This document shows positions 61,408 to 64,000 of a DNA stretch of 64,000 nucleotides, in pieces. Location of the stretch: positions 23,064,001 to 23,128,000 of the forward strand of contig JBHGNT010000001.1 of NCBI GenBank assembly GCA_043228905.1, written 5' to 3'. The notes beneath the pieces were generated by a model that ran no database searches, was not told the origin of the DNA, and worked only from the letters and a program-made list of their open reading frames with translations. The stretch comes from Azolla caroliniana. Its lineage: Eukaryota; Plantae; Polypodiophyta. Both the position numbers and the translations under genes were made by a program. Positions within the stretch are counted from its first letter, which is position 1. Each line of letters opens with the position of its first letter.

Positions 61408-64000
61408 TGTCGTGAAGAAAACCGTCCACAAGCGGAATCGGTGCACCGAAGCGTAGGAACCGGCTCTTCATGCACGTACGCCTTATGTTGTAAGTAAGAG
61501 AGAATTAGGTACATAGAAGATCCGAGGTAGGTAGATTCGGTAGGTAGGAAGTGAATGGGAAACGGCTCCTTCCTTGCCTATAAAAGGAGGGACACGAGGA
61601 GGGGGGAAGGATCGCGGTTAGAGAGGACGAAGTGTTGTCGGGTTGTTGGGCGAAGGCTTCTCTCTCTTCCAAACTCCGTAGCTTCTTTCTGTGCAGGTTT
61701 TCGGGAGGCTTGCGTTGCTCTGAGGAATGCCCGAGTGCTTCCGGCGGCACCTCCAACCTACGCCTTTCTTTCTGAGCGTTTACGAACAGGCATCGGCATC
61801 TGTTCGCCGGCCTGTTCGGTTGTAACCGACTTCGTGCTTCTTGTTGTTTGTCCTTGTTAATATATATATATACATACATTTGTGTCTCTCTGCGTCGGTG
61901 TCCCACTCGCGTCTTTGTGTCGAAGGGCCGTGCCCCTGTGAATCTACGCCCACACGTAGTGGGTCCCTTCCCTTTCCCTTTGTCTCTTGCTCTTCAGTAC
62001 AAGACCCCCGAGGCCCTGCCTCATTCCACGCATCCGCGAGGAATACCTCGACATCTTGGTGAACCCGACGTGAAAGAGGCGGCAGAAGAGCAGAAGATGA
62101 AGGGGTCGGATCTTGCGGAGGCCATGGCTTCGGCCGTGGATCGGGAATTGAGCACACGCGAGGGCACAGGCGCCCTCGACAGAGCCATTGAGGTGGTCGT
62201 CGGTACGATCGGCCGTTTCAGCGGGAAGGATGCGGGACATTCCGGAAGAGAGGCGTCTTGCCGGGTTCCCTCAAGTGGCGATGCCGAGCATCCATGCGGA
62301 GGTGCTCGAGGTACAAGCAAAGAGTCGTACCTGGGAGGAGTTCGAAGGCCGACTCCTAGAAAAATACGGGCTGGACGACGCGCTCCGGCTTTCGAAACGG
62401 GACTTCATGGAATGGGTGGAGTCCCCCGGCAAGGAAAGAAACACGTCGGCACTCCTCCGGGAGTTTGAGGAACGCTTTGCGCGCCTTTCGGCACTTGACC
62501 GAACCGTTCTGGATACGAGTCGGGTCCTACTGTTCATCAAGTCGGTGGACGAGCGGGACCGGGATCAAGTCGGCTCCTTGCTAGAGACCGAAGACGGGCT
62601 GACGACCGACTGGGCTGCGGTTAAGAGAGTCTGTGGCCGTTTCAACAAACGGCGAGAATGGGCTGACAACGGGGCGGCCGGTGTGGGCTCTGTCACAGCA
62701 AGGAGGCTTGAACCGGCACCGCAAGGGCGAAGGGCAGAGACCCGGGAGTGGCTCGAAACCGGGTCGGCTCCGACCGGCATGGTCAATGACTCGTCCGGAG
62801 GAGCAGCACTGGAGGAGTTGACGCGGGCGATAAAGGATCTCCAGATCGCCCAGACTCGAAGGGAAGGCGGCGAACCGGCTCGTGACCGACGGCCGGTAGC
62901 AGGGAAAAGGTGCATGTGGTGCGACGAGGTCGGCCACATTTGGAAGGACTGCGGCGATTTCGCAGAGGCGTTGAAGAATCGGGTGGTGTACCTATGGGAA
63001 GGCCGGGTGCACGCCGGCAATACCAGAAGGGCCCTAAACCGGTGAAGCGGAAGAGGCTGTCGACGGAGACGGAACCGGAAAGACCGGTGGAGGTGCGGAC
63101 GACGGACATCGACGACTTGGCGCTGGAAGATGAGTGGGCGGAGAGTCACTATTCGAGGCCACACTAGGCCCGAGCAACCACGGAGACCCCGATAAAAATC
63201 GAAGATGTTCAGTAACCGGTGGTGGCACTGGTGGACCACAGTTCGGAAATAAACCTGATGTCCATGGACTTCTATAAGAAGGGAAAGTGGCCGATCAACA
63301 CCAAGCACGGGTGGAAGATACGGGCGGCAACGCGCGCCACCAAGGAACTGCATGGGGCCTGCCCGAATGTGCGAGTCAAGATCGGCGACGTCGAGGTTGA
63401 CCAGCACTTCTTCGTACAGGAGACGTCCTCGCACCCGGTCATATTAGGGGAACCATACATCACGGCGGCACGGATGGAGACCAAGGTGCTAGACAACGGT
63501 TCGGCCTACGCGAGGGTCAAAAGCCAGGACGGGCACCATTCGGTTCAATTTCTAACGGTGCGACCGAACCACGAGCGAAACCGCGAATCCCTTGGTGGCG
63601 AGAACCGGGAGGATTTTTAGAGAGGGCTGCCAAGGCGTGGGGCCGAGACAGTCCGGACACTCGGGAAAGACCCCACAGTTGTACGATAGAACCGAAACCG
63701 AAGAAACCTTGTACGATAGGTAGAAAATTTTGCTTCTCCAACAACGGAGGGTGTATGATAGTCGGCATCGTTGGTCGAGAAAAGGCAAGGGCGGAGGAGC
63801 GACTTCGAGCGTGCGGAGTTCTCGGCCCGGAACATTGCGCTTCATTCAAGACTTGCAGCCGGTCAACAGAGTGACCATTCGGAACGCAGGAATCGGACCG
63901 ACCATAGATGAGTTCGCGGAGGCCTTCGCCGGAAGGTCGATTTACTCGGTCGGTGATCTGTACTCGGGGTACGACCAGTTCCAGCTAGCCGTGGAGAGCA
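61408..64000 (+). mobile_element. Family A gypsy, copy 4 (internally deleted, runs off the window)
   Basis: 5' LTR at 61408-62053, PBS at 62057, gag-PR to 63620, GGATTTT at 63611, deletions near 63041 and 63830, RT fragment at the window end. Confidence 0.93.

Overview
The window is almost entirely a nested retrotransposon island from a plant genome, probably a non-seed plant such as a moss (inference). I found no host genes, RNA genes or CRISPR arrays. Two Ty1/copia fragments and two LINE fragments form the oldest substrate. Seven Ty3/gypsy insertions of one tRNA-Trp-primed group (a GC-rich family A, an AT-rich family B and non-autonomous derivatives) are nested into it. It also holds a tandem tRNA-Asp-primed Athila/OTA-like gypsy, a probable tRNA-Arg-primed gypsy and two solo LTRs. 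Notable observations: (1) a second retropepsin domain reading in frame from the integrase C-terminus of the Asp-primed element; (2) a tail-to-tail fusion of two 3' LTRs through PBS remnants, in an element with non-matching LTRs; (3) 4-bp CpG-centred (mostly ACGT) target duplications; (4) a conserved GGATTTT plus pseudoknot -1 frameshift placed after the protease; (5) tRNA-like Pol III A/B-box modules inside family-B LTRs. All calls come from reading the sequence by eye; no searches were run.
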